The position numbers were made by a program, and so were the translations under genes. DNA of 64,000 nucleotides from Chiloscyllium plagiosum. Its lineage: Eukaryota. Numbering within the stretch: the stretch's first letter is position 1; the number at the start of each line of letters is the position of its first letter. The notes under the pieces are model-generated. The model worked only from the letters and a program-made list of their open reading frames with translations, did no database searches and was not told the DNA's origin. Positions 63,958 through 64,000 of this stretch are shown here, one piece after another. Location: contig NC_057752.1 in assembly GCF_004010195.1 (NCBI RefSeq), positions 11,554,915 through 11,618,914 of the forward strand. Reading direction: 5' to 3'.

Positions 63958-64000
63958 TGTATCATCAAACTCTCAAAACTGTTAGAAAGGCAGAAATAGC

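Overview
Eukaryotic, repeat-dense DNA, very probably from a cartilaginous fish (shark or ray). This is inferred from HE1-type SINEs, abundant CR1/HER1-type LINEs and a GPR139/GPR142-like class A GPCR family. The window is a tandemly duplicated cluster of two-exon orphan GPCR genes. It has three exon-2 copies (13.8 kb +, 23 kb -, 44.7 kb -) and three exon-1 copies (25.7, 46.9 and 56.3 kb, all -), and the minus-strand copies carry complementary lesions. These genes lie among CR1 LINEs, Gmr1-like Gypsy LTR elements (integrase before RT), Penelope-like fragments carrying minimal hammerhead ribozymes, MITEs and a 500-N gap. The most unusual element is a 2.5-kb internally deleted endogenous retrovirus (29857-32398; TG..CA termini, GTCT target-site duplication, polypurine tract, 596-bp 3' LTR). 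It retains only a decayed env, whose TM subunit has a Cys-bounded internal fusion loop and aligns without gaps to the filovirus GP2 core as recalled from memory. A local template-switch rearrangement lies at 36.6-38.3 kb. All family assignments are by eye, no searches were run, and boundaries of decayed repeats are approximate.
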